64,000 nt of DNA from Tricharina praecox. Its lineage: Eukaryota. Of this stretch, positions 50,684-62,620 are shown piece by piece. The stretch's first letter is position 1; each line of letters starts with the position of its first letter. Below the pieces are notes generated by a model. It did not search any database. It saw nothing but the letters and a program-made list of their open reading frames with translations, and was not told where the DNA came from. The position numbers were made by a program, and so were the translations under genes. Location: positions 248,001-312,000 of the forward strand of contig NW_026250411.1 in NCBI RefSeq assembly GCF_024521635.1, given 5' to 3'.

Positions 50684-53007
50684 TTACGTCAACAGATCTG
50701 GTCGCCCCGCATCCGCAGCGGGGGCCATAGGGCGGATCGCATCTCTCGTTGCTGCTGGCAGCGGCGGCGAAGGCGCATTATGTGGCGACGTGGGCGTTTC
50801 CGGCACTCCGGACCCAATCTCGACAGGGTCGAGTCGCGAAGCGGGGAGCATAACCGCATCTTCGAACTGCGCCGGCATCGGTGGCGGTGGGGACGTCGAC
50901 CAAGCCGTCCTATCGCTGTAGTGACTGCTGTAGGTCGGGTATGGCGAGGAGCCGGGATCCGTCGGCGGTGGAGGAGGATAGGCACCGTATGGCGAGCCTT
51001 GGTAGGGGGATGTGTACCGGGGAACGTTCTCCGAGTGGTCCTTCTTGTCTTCGACTGCCGCTGCCGGTGCATATGTGGCGGGCTGGGCCTTGCGCTTACG
51101 GTAGAAGAAGAAGTAGAACACAGCTCCCAGAATGGCGAGTAAGCCCAGAACACCGCCGACAGACCCACCCACGATCGCGCCGGTGTTGTTTTTCCCTGGA
51201 TCGCTGTCTGCAGCAGGAGGGACGTCGTCACAGCCTAGCTGTCGCAACCCAGATGTTCCGGTCGATTGGCCTTTCATGTTCGCCAGGGAGAAAATCATGT
51301 TCTCGTAGTCCACGGCGAGATATACCTGGCTAAGGAATGGCCCGCCGAAGAATGGGATCAAGGGCTCCACACCCGGTGGAAATCCTGCCGTACCGACTTT
51401 CGTTTGGATGTGATCTATGATGCCTGTTAGCTGCGATGCAAGGCACGCAAGGCACGCAAGCGATCAGTGTCTTACCTGGCTGGCTGATCCAACCACCAGC
51501 TGTCTGGTTGATGGCCTTCGCCGTTTCGAATAGCTCGGTTCTGGGAATATTGACAGTGAACCCTTTGTCCAGAGTGATCACCAATTCGCCGTTGGGAAAG
51601 CTGGAATCTGCGGTATCGTTGTACTTAAAGTATTCCCACGTCTGCTCCCAGAAGGCGTAGTTGTTGTCGTTGATCATGCTGCTATTCCAGTTCTCCTGGA
51701 CCTTTAGGGGAAGAATCATGGTCCAGTACGCGGGTTCCAGGCATGCCATGAAGGTCCCTATCCGACAAGTCAGCCAAACCAAACTAAACCGAATCTTTCA
51801 AATCGCAACGAGTGCGCGTTGCGTACCTTGACCGGCCATCAAGTCCGTGTTTCCCCACTTCATGCTCTGCACGTTCACCTGCAGAGGACAAGGCTTGCTC
51901 TTGTCGGGAAAGATGGTGTAGTTGGTAAAGTCCTTGTACGTCGCTTTCGCGGTATTGTATCCTCCCACAACGAGCTCCCCAGGCGCTTCATTATCGCCGT
52001 TCGTTCCGTAGTGGAATCCCCAAGACCTGGAGGGTGAAACTTGAGATGCAGTAGCCGACCGTAGGAAGACACTATCTGAAGCCAATCCGACCTGGATGGG
52101 AGAGAGATTAGCCGCGTTCGCTTCTCACTCGAGCCACACACCACCACCCCGTTACTATAGTACGTACCATACCGGTTCTGCGTTCAAGTTAGCAAAACAA
52201 GCCGTTAAATTTTATACATAGAGTGATGCGAACGTACCCGAAAGGAAAAGTTGAGTTCTCGATTATCGAGAAGGGGTACGCGGACAGGGTCTTGTCACCC
52301 AGGTCCACGTTATCCCAACCCCGAGTGAAGTCCGTCAAGGGATCCTCTCCCATCACTGTTCCCGGCAGGAGATCAGCCAATCATTCAACAGAACCCCCGT
52401 GCCTCCGGAGATCGGCCACTAACACTTGTAGTTCTCCCCGTTCAGATAATCCCATCCGTCGTTCGAAGCGCTTCCGTTATAGTCCGACGTCCGTCGGTCC
52501 TTTGCCCAGGTGCTGCTTCCGGCCTGACTGAACACGCCTCCGCGCCAGAAGATGCAACCCTTCAGCTGGGGACTGTCGGGGTTGCATAGTTTATCGGAAT
52601 CGGGTACGAATGTCGAGTTCGCCGTGGTCCCCATTCCCATCGCCAGTAATTTGCGTGCGCCGCCTAGTACGAAATTGAGCGTCAATATTCCGAAGCTGTT
52701 TTCGAGAAGCGCGGGAGGATAGAAGAGCAAATGGTTATGCGCATACCGAAAATCAACCCGAGAGCTTTGTGCGGCGCGTGTATCGTCGACGGGGTATCGA
52801 TGACTGTGACATTGCTGTACGGTATCGCGAACGGTTCCGTGACATTACCTGACGAGCGACACGACATCTTGTTGTTAGTTCAGGCGCACCACACTACGGA
52901 CGAACAACGAAACGGAAACGGGGGGAATCGCTCGATAACATACAACTCGTCCCATTCTTGGCGACCACGAAGGGAAGCAGTGCTGCGGCGAGGATAAGGG
53001 CCCTCAT
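50684..53007 (-). CDS. Secretory-pathway, single-pass membrane-anchored pepsin-fold (A1-like) protein, probably catalytically inactive, ~603 aa
   Basis: Eight exons: 53007-52944, 52848-52747, 52663-52424, 52355-52238, 52177-52168, 52091-51827, 51757-51476, 51414-50684; all GT-AG and phase-consistent. Signal peptide MRALILAAALLPFVVA. Pepsin-fold landmarks GTGMVGLASDSVFL, SWGFHYG, GELVVGGYN, and FFGGPFLSQVYLAVDYENMIFSLA. TM AIVGGSVGGVLGLLAILGAVFYFFFY followed by RKRK and a Pro/Tyr-rich tail. Confidence 0.85.
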
Positions 53008-55064
53008 ATCTCGCGCTCGTCGATCGAGGAACTAGCGGTTGAAGAGTGGTGTCTGAAAGGTTGGGAAGTTGGAGGGGGGGGGATGACAGGAATGGAGAGG
53101 GAGTAAAGGGAATGATAGTCGGAGACGGGAGTGATTCGAACTGCCACCTGCTTGGTATTCGGTGGAATGTTAATAATAAGCAGAGCTGGGGGGGCTGTCC
53201 GCCATGGGAGTCCCCCGCACCACGCACGGCCAATGCAGGAAGGCGGGCAGGTTGCAAAGTGCCAGCAATTACCACATGCGGTAGCAGCGACTCGAAATCG
53301 ATGCGGCCTTGACAAGAATGCTCGTTCTCGCCGAAGTGGCAGAATTTCCTGGGAAGGAACAGCCACGGCGGATACGGCATTGCGGCTGGCGGTGGCAGCA
53401 CAAGCCTTATGCCGTGGAACGGTGAATGGGCCATGGCCAGTCCTCTGTGCAGGACCGCGTCCCCCGCATACCTGATGCTCACCAGCTGAAGCCTGAAGCA
53501 CGCACTATGAATATGAAAGCACTCGGGTTTTTTTCCCACTCGAAGGTCGCCACCTTTGCTCCCCTTGGTATTTACGGTAGGTCCTTGGTAAGTAGATACT
53601 TGGGTGTGTACCGCTGGCCGAACGGTCGGAATACATATCATACATACAAGTAAGTAAGAAGTGGTTGGTTATCAGCCGCACGAACTCGAACTGGATATAT
53701 TCCCAAGCTCGGGCTCGAATGATCGAATCCGCAGGGCTGCTAGTTAGCGTACAGGACTGCTCAGGCGACACCGTCGACTAACCAAGGCTATTTTTTCTCG
53801 CCAGACTGCGGGGGTCGGCGTTGTCGTTGCAGGGCCATCGAAACAGTTCTAGCCACTACCGGTATCGTACGGACGCCACTCGCGCTCACTCGCACCAGAC
53901 CTCGCACCAGACCTCGCACCTGACGGCGGCCGCTATGTACTTCACTCTACTTGTCTCCGATAGGTAGCTTGGTCGCCATACATAAACAGTCAAAGTTCCA
54001 TTCCATTCCTCTCAAAATACCGGTAGACAGTTGGATTGGCGTTTTCTCTCGTTCTCTCTCTCTCTCCTTCCAACGACTCGCATAGTCCTCCGCCACAACC
54101 AGCCCCCTGCACGCCCACCCCAAAGCGGACCGCCCGCTTCCCCCATTGGCTCGCTCCCGCCCCCCAGCAAATCATATCGGATCGTGATGTGAAACCGTAT
54201 CCCTCTCTGGCCATGACCATGGCCATGGCCATGGCCCTCGGAACTCGGAACGGTATGATTTGGGGAGAGGGAGGGGGGGTTGACAACTCAGTACATGTCT
54301 GATTCATGATGGCGCAAGTACAAATTGAAGGACTCCAACTAACTAATGCAGAGAGGGTGGATGGATGGATGGATGATGATGGATGGATGGTTGCCTAGAG
54401 TACCGTAACTACTCTACTCTAACTAGAGGTCGAGTTGATCCTCCGTGTGTCCCCCAAGACCTGCCACCAACGAATGTGCCGACAGCTGATTACTCTTCTT
54501 CTTCTTATAAAATCCCGCCCATATCATATTCTGTGAGCGAGCGAACGGGCGCGGTAGGGTGGAGCGACTTCTTCCGGCGGCTGAGTACTACATAGTACCG
54601 CAGTTACCGGTTGTTGGGTAGGCAGGAAATGCACGGGCTATGTACGCGAGGTAGTTACCGATGCAGAGTAGAGTAGGAAAGCAAGAACCTGTATCTGTAT
54701 CCATCTATGATCTATTACCGTATTCTGCGTACTCTACATACATCCCACTCTAATCGTATGTAGATTGAGTGCGGCGCTTCGCCGAGTTGTACCTCTCGCC
54801 CTTACTGCGCAGCGAGGAGAGTCACAGCAACTATGCGTAGATACTTCTTAGTAGGAGATCGCCGAGCGACACCCACTACAACCACTACACCCACATGCGT
54901 GTGTGTGCATGTGCCGTTTGGAAACGGAGGGAACTTTTCCGCACGATCATCGCCAACAGTACCGTAGGCGATCAGCCTCCTCCTCCTCTTCGGTGAAACA
55001 GGATTGTGCCGAGACAGAGAGAGCACGATCACTCATCAATATTCCGCCGTCGTTGTCGTCGTCC

Positions 55065-55096
<32 letters not shown>

Positions 55097-56646
55097 TGGG
55101 GCTGGGACTGCTCCCCCTCTCCCCCGGCAGCACCGGCAGCACCGGATGCCTCCCGGCCTACGCCGGCCGGTGGCAAAGGAAGGAAGGAAAGAAGGAGGAT
55201 TCATCAATGATTCAAAGACACTGCACTGCACTGTACTGCACCCATACCGGTACTTTCTATACATACATACGCCCCGCGATTCCGCGAACATAATGTATCC
55301 CCTCGTTTGCTGAGGTTTACTGAGACTTGCTCCTGTGGCAGACCGGCAGTCGCGAGCCGATCGGTGCCAGAGCTATCATACCTACATGATACTGTCTACA
55401 TATCATATGTACTCCGTACCGCTACCGGTATATGTGCCAGCCTGCCAGGTGTGTAGGTAGGCATGTAGGCCTGATGATGTACGATAGGCAGCCTCGATCA
55501 ACTTACACTTTTCTGTGGTGCTGTGGGAGCTTGGGGAAGAAATAACAGGGCTCTGCGTAGTTGTCCGCAGCGCTGGAGCCTGGTGGTAGGTGCTACTATT
55601 TACTTGTTAGTTACTGGTTACTGGTTACCCAGGTAGTTGCTCCAGAGTAAGTAGTAGTCTAAAGTTACCTGACCAGGAGAATATGATATATCCAGAACGA
55701 GTATGCTTGTATAAAGTATGCTACCTACTATGATGCTGGCTGTGTGGTCGAGTGGTAGGGTGGGTTACGCAACGCCTCCGGTGAAGACTCAAGAGTAAGC
55801 ATGCACGTACGGTATGGTCTTTCGGGAGGGAGGGTGGGAGATGGAGGTGGACACAGGAGGTGTATGTAGGTGGAGGGCTCACGAGCCACGGCTGAGAAAA
55901 ATATTGTAAGGAATCTGAAAAAGAAAAGAAAAATGCATATCCTCCTACGGTACAAGAACGGTCTTATAAGCCTCACCATGGCACAGGCTGCATGCAACGC
56001 ATAACTAAACTGCCTACTAGGTAGAGTATTACTTAATCGGAGACCGGCGCTTCACGTGCTCGGGATCTATTTTCGAATACTCAGTTGGCAGTTGGCGCTC
56101 CGGAGTCCGTTGGATCCAGTGATGATTGAACAGCATCGCGCTGTGTTCGAAATTATGGTTGTACTTTGGCGAGATATGCCTCTTTTTCCTTCTTTTTGGT
56201 GCCGAGCTCATCACACCTAAGCGCTGCAAGCGATCCATTCCATGGTGGAAGGTAAATAGCAGGGAGCGAGGTGTCAAGTGTTGGGGCCCGGGGGGGACCA
56301 GAGCCAGAATAACAGGGCTTCGATTCTCAGTGAGCCCCCCGTTCCTTCCGACGCCAATCACGGTAGAAATGGCAGATACGGGGACTCGGGTTCGAGGAGC
56401 GGAACAAGGAATCTATTTAGGCTCCGCTCGGTGCCGTACGTGATAAATATTATACCACCCAAATTTTAGTGTACGTCACATAAAAAAGGCGCTGAGCGTT
56501 CGGCACAACGACTTTGAGAAAATATGATCATTGTAATTCAGCCACATCGTATTTCTTGCGTATTTCTCTGAACCTCCACCAAAAAATAGACCATGCTAGC
56601 ATTCGTCACCAGATCCCCCTGAAGCCGTACAACAACAACATCCAGA

Positions 56647-56877
56647 ATGTCCGCCGGTCCCAGTCTCCTCACCCCAGAAAATATCAATCATGACCACCTC
56701 CAACCGACCCGCTATATGTCAGTGAAAGAGCAGCTTGCGATATTTCTCAAAATCGTCGGCGAGAACGCGTCCAACCCTATGGCACAAGAACCATTTCAAT
56801 GAAGCGGCGACACGATCAGCCGTACCTTTGACAACGCTCTCGACGCGATGATAGAACTTTACACTGTAATTGAGTAG
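56647..56877 (+). pseudogene. Degenerate PIF/Harbinger transposase fragment
   Basis: Translation LQPTRYMSVKEQLAIFLKIVGENASNPMAQEPFQ*SGDTISRTFDNALDAMIEL fits the Harbinger N-terminal pattern S(V)EEQLAIFL..VG.N.S.R...ERFQRSG.TISR.F..VL.A. In-frame TGA at 56800-56802; no DDE core follows. Confidence 0.8.
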
Positions 56878-58485
56878 GCGAACACACTGTGGACTGGGCA
56901 CTGCTGTGGGCTGTAGAATAGTTACTCTATATACAAGCTGCCCACTGCCTGCCATCTTGCCCCGTTGTCCACCTCCCATTTCCGACTGTCCATCACCTGT
57001 ACGGTATCTCTGTTTCTGCCTTAAGATTTTCACCCACCAGGCGGCGATGCAGTAGAGAGGACAGGCTTGGGAAGAGGAGAAGGACCGGAGAAAGTAGTTG
57101 AGTAGAGGCGGTGGTGTTGCTCTGTCGCCGCGTCCCTATGTCTGTCTATCCATGTGACTAGTTCTCCTGAACGGTACTGTGCGCACCCTCTTACCAACTG
57201 TTTCAACTTTCACCTTGGGTGGAAGTAGTACTATATAGTGCAGTGTGGCGTGGAGAAGTTGTCGAGTGTGAGATAGATACAGAGAAAGTAGTGTTGCCGA
57301 ACAGATATCTGAGATGCCTAGGCGCCAAGACTAGTGGACCGTTTATTATTTGTTGCGTAGTAAAAAATAAACGTACGGCACCGAACGGAGCCTTAGATAT
57401 CGACGACAGGCTCCAGGGTGTTTACTGTTGGCACCTAGTTTCTGGGAAGCTGGGCTGGATGAAATCTAGTTGAATCTACTACCCAGAAACTGCCAGTAAC
57501 TGCCATTCCTGGCCCAATGAAAAGCGACCGCGATTGTTACATATATATTGCATGATGGACCACGGCCATGCTTTTACCGCTCGGTTTTTGCCGTTCGGCC
57601 AACGGCCAGCCTTCGTGCCCTGGACAGTGGCCAGTGGAGCCAGCCCCTTAACTTCGACACCGCGCGCGCCAACCGCGTTTGCACGGCGTACCTGAATCGC
57701 CGCACCTGTACACAAGCGTGGACACAAGCGTGAAGAAGTTAGAACCCCCACCCCCCGGGCGCCTGCAGATGTGCGGAAGTGCGGATGTGGGCCGATGTCG
57801 GCTGCCCATTGCGCGGCCAACGACATATATCAGCGGAACTACATATAGAGTGTACAGAACAGCAGCGGCAAAATACTTGCACGGATAGGTACATCATACC
57901 CTACCTAGTGGCCTTCAGCCTTCAGCCTTCAGCCTTCCAGCTCCCAACCCCTCGGGAAGAACTCTTGCGGCGCCCCGTACGCCATATCCACTCACCGGAG
58001 TCCCAACAATCGTGAAATCTCGAACTGTAGCAGTTCGCGAGTCGCGACCGTCGCGACCGTCGGCCGGAGTCTAGAATCTGGAGCTGCGTAGCTGCGGCTG
58101 CAGTGATGTGGCAACGACGGCGGCAACATGGAGTACCTAGTAGCCTAGTAGAGTATCCAAGCAGAAGTCGGGAATGTAGACATAATCATACCGGTATGAT
58201 ATGATACCTATGATATCGTCGGCCGCTTGAAGCCTTGAACTTGGACTTGGACCTTCCGCAATCGGCCATCGGCTGAGCTGGTAGCCTGATACATAGCCTG
58301 GTTGGCCTGGTTGGCCCGTCGGTGTTGAAACTTGAAACTGCCCGTGCCTCTCCCCCGCACCCCGGTAGCGGACCGGTGGTGGACCGGTAGTGGACCGGGC
58401 TGTTGAAATGGGCGAGGCTTTACTGGGTTACGGGTATGGGTATACTCGTTCATGGTTAATCACTCGCAAAACTGTGGGCCAGTCC

Positions 58486-58729
58486 GTGGTGATAGTAGGC
58501 GTCTTATCGCCTGTTCTGGTGTCACTGCTACTTTTCTCTGTTCTTCTTCATCATTGAATGCAGCCTTCATGGACTTCGTGGCTTCTTAGCATTGTCCCTG
58601 GCTTCTCACCACAATAAGCCTCTTTAGGCCCCCAGCCCGGCGACGGCGACGGCGACGGCTATCTTCGCATCCTCGGCTGTCTGAGGCTTCATCTTGTTGT
58701 TTATACAAGCTCGTTTCCCTTATAAGAAC
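58486..58729 (-). repeat. Dispersed repeat copy B (inverted relative to copy A)
   Basis: Reverse complement reads GGGAAACGAGCTTGTATAAACAACAAGATGAAGCCTCAGACAG...TGGTGAGAAGCCAGGGACAATGC...TAAGACGCCTACTATCACCA, colinear with 49097-49376. Confidence 0.85.
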
Positions 58730-61716
58730 TTGCGATAACATACACCCAGTGAGAGGACGTGCACTCTCTCGGAACCACACAACCTCCTCCGTATAAGCTC
58801 TTCTACTCGTCTACCCGTCTACACTGTCACAGTTAGACCTCCTTAAACCTTAACAGATGCCGGCCACCCGGTCCGTAATGCCCATCTGCCATCCCCCATC
58901 CCCCATCTTCCAGCCAGCCAGCCATGTAGGACCCAGAAGTGATACAATATGGCGCCTGTTTTTTTTCTCTCCGTGTTGGGGCTGTGAGTACGTGGTGTGG
59001 GGGCGCCGCTGCACTGCGCCACGAGGTAGATTGCCGCATAAAGGAGGAGTCAGACAGAGACTGTCAGAGCAGGTAGTAGGTACTGCAATTCAACTTCGTG
59101 GACTGTTTATATCCATACCCAGGCAATGCAGTGTGGGTCGTGTTCCTGCATCCGTTCTTGCCCATCCTAGCTATTCATCCACTGCATATGTGGTAGCCAT
59201 CCAGTGTACTATGTTTTATTTTTAACCCATCGTCGTTTTTTCAACCCGGGTATGCTCATTGCTCATTGCTCACGTTGCTCACTGCTCATTGCCCATGGCT
59301 CATTGCCTCAAACGAGCCGCCGAATTGAATTGGAGTAGAATCAAGCTTCTGTCTAAATCTTCACCATGAGGACCTCCTGAAGTACGGAAGCACGGAAGTC
59401 TCCTTCTCCGTGACTCCGTCATCCGGAGGCGACTGGGAGCTGTACTATGTAGTATGTAGAACAGGAAGATGATCATGCGAAGAGGCCTGCACTAACCTAC
59501 CTATAGTACGGCCCCGTTCTTGAACCCATATCTACTCCTATACGATACCGGTAGGTGGCCGATATCGAAAGTCCACAGGCGCTAGGTGGCTCACCAAAGA
59601 AAAAAAATCGGGATTGCGCATCGGCCCAACATACCTAGCCGGGGGCCCGAGGATGACGCGGTAGAAAGCATGAACCCGCGGCCTGGGCTGGAGTCTATCC
59701 GCTTCAAGACCTTACTATCCTAAGGTTTGTAAAGCCGAAGCTCGGGTGTAGTTTAGACGAAAGTTGTAACTTGTCAGGCGTCCGGACTCCGGAGAGATGA
59801 GTCGAGAGAGGGGTAACCTTGCTTCCATGGAAGGCCGGGATGAAACGGCTAGCTGGTTGGCTGGCTGGCTGTCAGCCTGACGCCAGGGACGAGACGTGGG
59901 AGCATGCTCTTCGCGAAGAAGTGTATAGTAGGTAGTGGAAGTACTCCTTTGGAAGCTGGAACTCCATGCCAGCATGCTAGAAGGGGTATGATGTGGTGTC
60001 GGTGTGCATCGAATATCCATCGTAAACAGGTAGCCGAGGGCTGACTGAGGAAGCTGGCGTGTTGTGTCTTGCGGCGGAAATAGTAGTTGCCCCCCATGGT
60101 CATTGTCGTTGTCGTCGTAATGGTGGGAAAGGCATGGACACGATACACCTATGCACTGGAGTGCTGGTTGGAGCTCTGTCAGCATACATACCGTATGGCA
60201 CGGACCATTGGACCAAGTTGACCACTACCTGGCATGTTTTCACTCCCATTTTCACTGTATTGGATCATCCTCACTCGTCTCCTTTTTTCGGCGATTCATC
60301 AAGCTCCGCCGAGATTCACAGTGCCAACATGTGGGATCGTGGCTCACGCACACATACTGCCACTCCTCCGGCCCCCAATAGTAAAAGCTCTTCTCTTGCA
60401 AGCCTGCATAATCTCTATTCGAATAGCCGCACATAGGCCACCCATTTGCCACAATCTACCCCGTCCCACTTCTAGGCCTACAGTCTGGGAATGAGGATGC
60501 AGTCGAATAGGGACGGAATTAAGGAACCAAGATTTTAATCCCGATGGGGCCGTGGCAGCTCTACTCAGCAACCCTGGGCAACAGATGAGTCGTGGTGGGA
60601 GCGGAATTTCAGGCATAGATACTACGGTACAGACAGGTGGAATAGTAATCACGATCGTCAAATCTTGTTGTACGGTAGGGTAGACACGTAATTCAGGACT
60701 CGGAGCACAGCAAGGCAGACGAGGGGCAGCTCCAAATTCATCGATGGATGATTAATATTCGATTATATCATATGTAGATAGCGGCCGCAAGTAGCGCACC
60801 CCGTAGCTGGTGGATCATCCGCACGTCACACCTCCGTTCCGGAAACACCTCAAAGCCGACGTCGAAGATCTATCTTCCACTCTGGCGTTAGCACTTGCAC
60901 TCGCAACGAAGCAACAGAGAGTAATCCGTGAGGGAATGAAGAAGAGACGTCAGATGGCCAGAATGCTGTACTCAGTTGGAAGATCCATCGGTAGGAAAAC
61001 ATAGCATTGATAAAATAATTCTCGTATCATCAGGTGTCTTTGGGGCTTTGCATAGTAGGGACATTGGAGGGAAACGAACAGGAGTACTAACCGTCTGGGC
61101 GCGTGCGGATCGGAGAGCGTCAGCTTGAGAGCTCAGCTATGGAGCTAGATCCTCGAAGGCGAGGTGTGGTACTTCACGAAGAGCCCACGATGTTGGCGGG
61201 GTTGGTTGGGTTCGGATTCATTGTGCGTGTGAGGAAAGCGAAGTAGGCCTGCCACCGGTTGTAGAGAACTGGGAAGAAAAGACGGTGGCGGGGTTGAAAC
61301 CTACCCGGCTCTGTGCCCCTCCCACACCCGCTTACGTGCTCTATGAATAGAACCTTGGGAGACTGGGCATGGAAAGACTGGGCATGTGAACGTCTTGGCA
61401 TGCGTACCAGCAGAAACGCTGCTCACTCCTCACATCTCGTCACTCACATCGGGAAATCGAGAAATCGAGATTCTTTAGTGAGTAAAGGGCAAATGCAGGC
61501 GTGCTCGTGTGCGGCTTCATAGTGTGAGTACACTGTTGCCAGTCTTCGGGATCGCAAGTATGATTTGTTTAAAACCGGGTCCTGAACTTCGTCATTGTTA
61601 CCAAGTTGAGCGACCGCCACGCCACGCACATACTTTCTACCCATACTGGAATATTCACTCGCAGTTTAACCGCAACAACAAAAGCAACGATACCGACAGA
61701 AACGACGCAATTCGGC

Positions 61717-62231
61717 ATGGAGTTCATCTCAAACCGTCCCGAGGAGCAGCCGATGGGTCGTTGGACTTGGTGTCTCCTGTTCTTCCTCTTTCGCGCGATT
61801 GACATACTCTTCTGCTGTGGTTCTCCCTAGCTCTTATGCATTCGCGTCCACTAACCGCCGTGCTACAGATGTCTTTGCATACACCTCTAGCGCGCATAAA
61901 TTCCTGAGGGCTATGGAGTTCCACGACGCAGACCTTAGGAACATCAACCCGACAGCGCGCACACTGGCTGCGTTGTACCCGCTTCTGTGGTGCGCCATCA
62001 TTGCCTATGTGGTCTTTTTGATCGCTCATCCGCAGTGGATCTGTTATCCCCTGATGAGGAAGGCGGAAGATAGGTATGTTGCCGCAGCGCCGTGACTTGG
62101 GGGGTTGTGGTGGGATGTGTGCTGAAAGATATCACTCGTGCAGGCGTGTGGCGGCTCGCTGGTTGTGGCCATCCCGGAGGGATAACCTGGACTTGCAACC
62201 GCCTAGGAGGGTTTACCAAAAGTCAGAGTAA
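61717..62231 (+). CDS. Candidate small membrane protein of unknown function, ~131 aa
   Basis: Model exons 61717-61819, 61869-62073 and 62144-62231. Intron 1 has an ACTAAC branch and CAG (donor GTTCTC or GTGGTT, both phase 1); intron 2 is AG|GTATGT...GCAG. Hydrophobic segments WTWCLLFFLFRAIDILFCC and LAALYPLLWCAIIAYVVFLIA. Confidence 0.5.
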
Positions 62232-62620
62232 GTGCTACGGTGGGGGATGCACGTACCCGTAGGCTGGTCGGTATGGGTTTGGTGTTGCTTGAAAGGATGG
62301 TTCTACTTCCCTATGCGATCTCATCCGATTGTGATGCGAGAATGGGAAAACTTACTCATGATGCATCATTTTCGCCGCGAGTTTATGAAAGTGGATTCCT
62401 TTTGTGTCCCGATACTGAGTATGATCTTAAGATAGTTTGTAGTCAAGTGCTTACATTTTGCAAGTAGAGATCGCGGGGTCAAAATCTAATCACAAGATTG
62501 CACTCGTGCTAACCGTAAATGACGCGAACTCCGTTAGTTTCACTCCTCTCCTCTGTCCCCACCGCCACAAACGTCTCCACTACCACCAAAACATCTTCCC
62601 CCCGACGCACGACAGCAATC

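Noticed and set aside
50433..50687. Possible extra 44-nt intron (GTAAGC...TAG) removing the pseudoprotease stop codon
   Set aside because: Very short, and the downstream frame is T-rich UTR-like sequence; stop at 50684-50686 retained.
56029..56361. 110-aa minus-strand ORF next to the Harbinger relic, considered as its Myb/SANT partner or an RT remnant
   Set aside because: No spaced-Trp Myb pattern or RT motifs recognisable.
59252..59305. (TTGCTCA)n resembling tandem Mac1 CuRE cores
   Set aside because: Lacks the TTT 5' flank, lies >2 kb from any gene, and looks like the other 7-mer slippage repeats.
60270..60310. LVSFFRRFIK resembling the Ty3/gypsy RT-RNaseH linker
   Set aside because: Only ~10 residues; flanking sequence does not continue the pattern.
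61030..61401. 75-aa minus-strand ORF with GTAAGC and GTTAGT donor-like sites, divergent from the small membrane protein candidate
   Set aside because: I could not build a convincing multi-exon CDS; it may be non-coding and needs RNA-seq.
61570..61630. Minus-strand GGTCGCTCAACTTGGTA resembling a tRNA D-arm
   Set aside because: No GTTCRA T-loop or acceptor-stem pairing.
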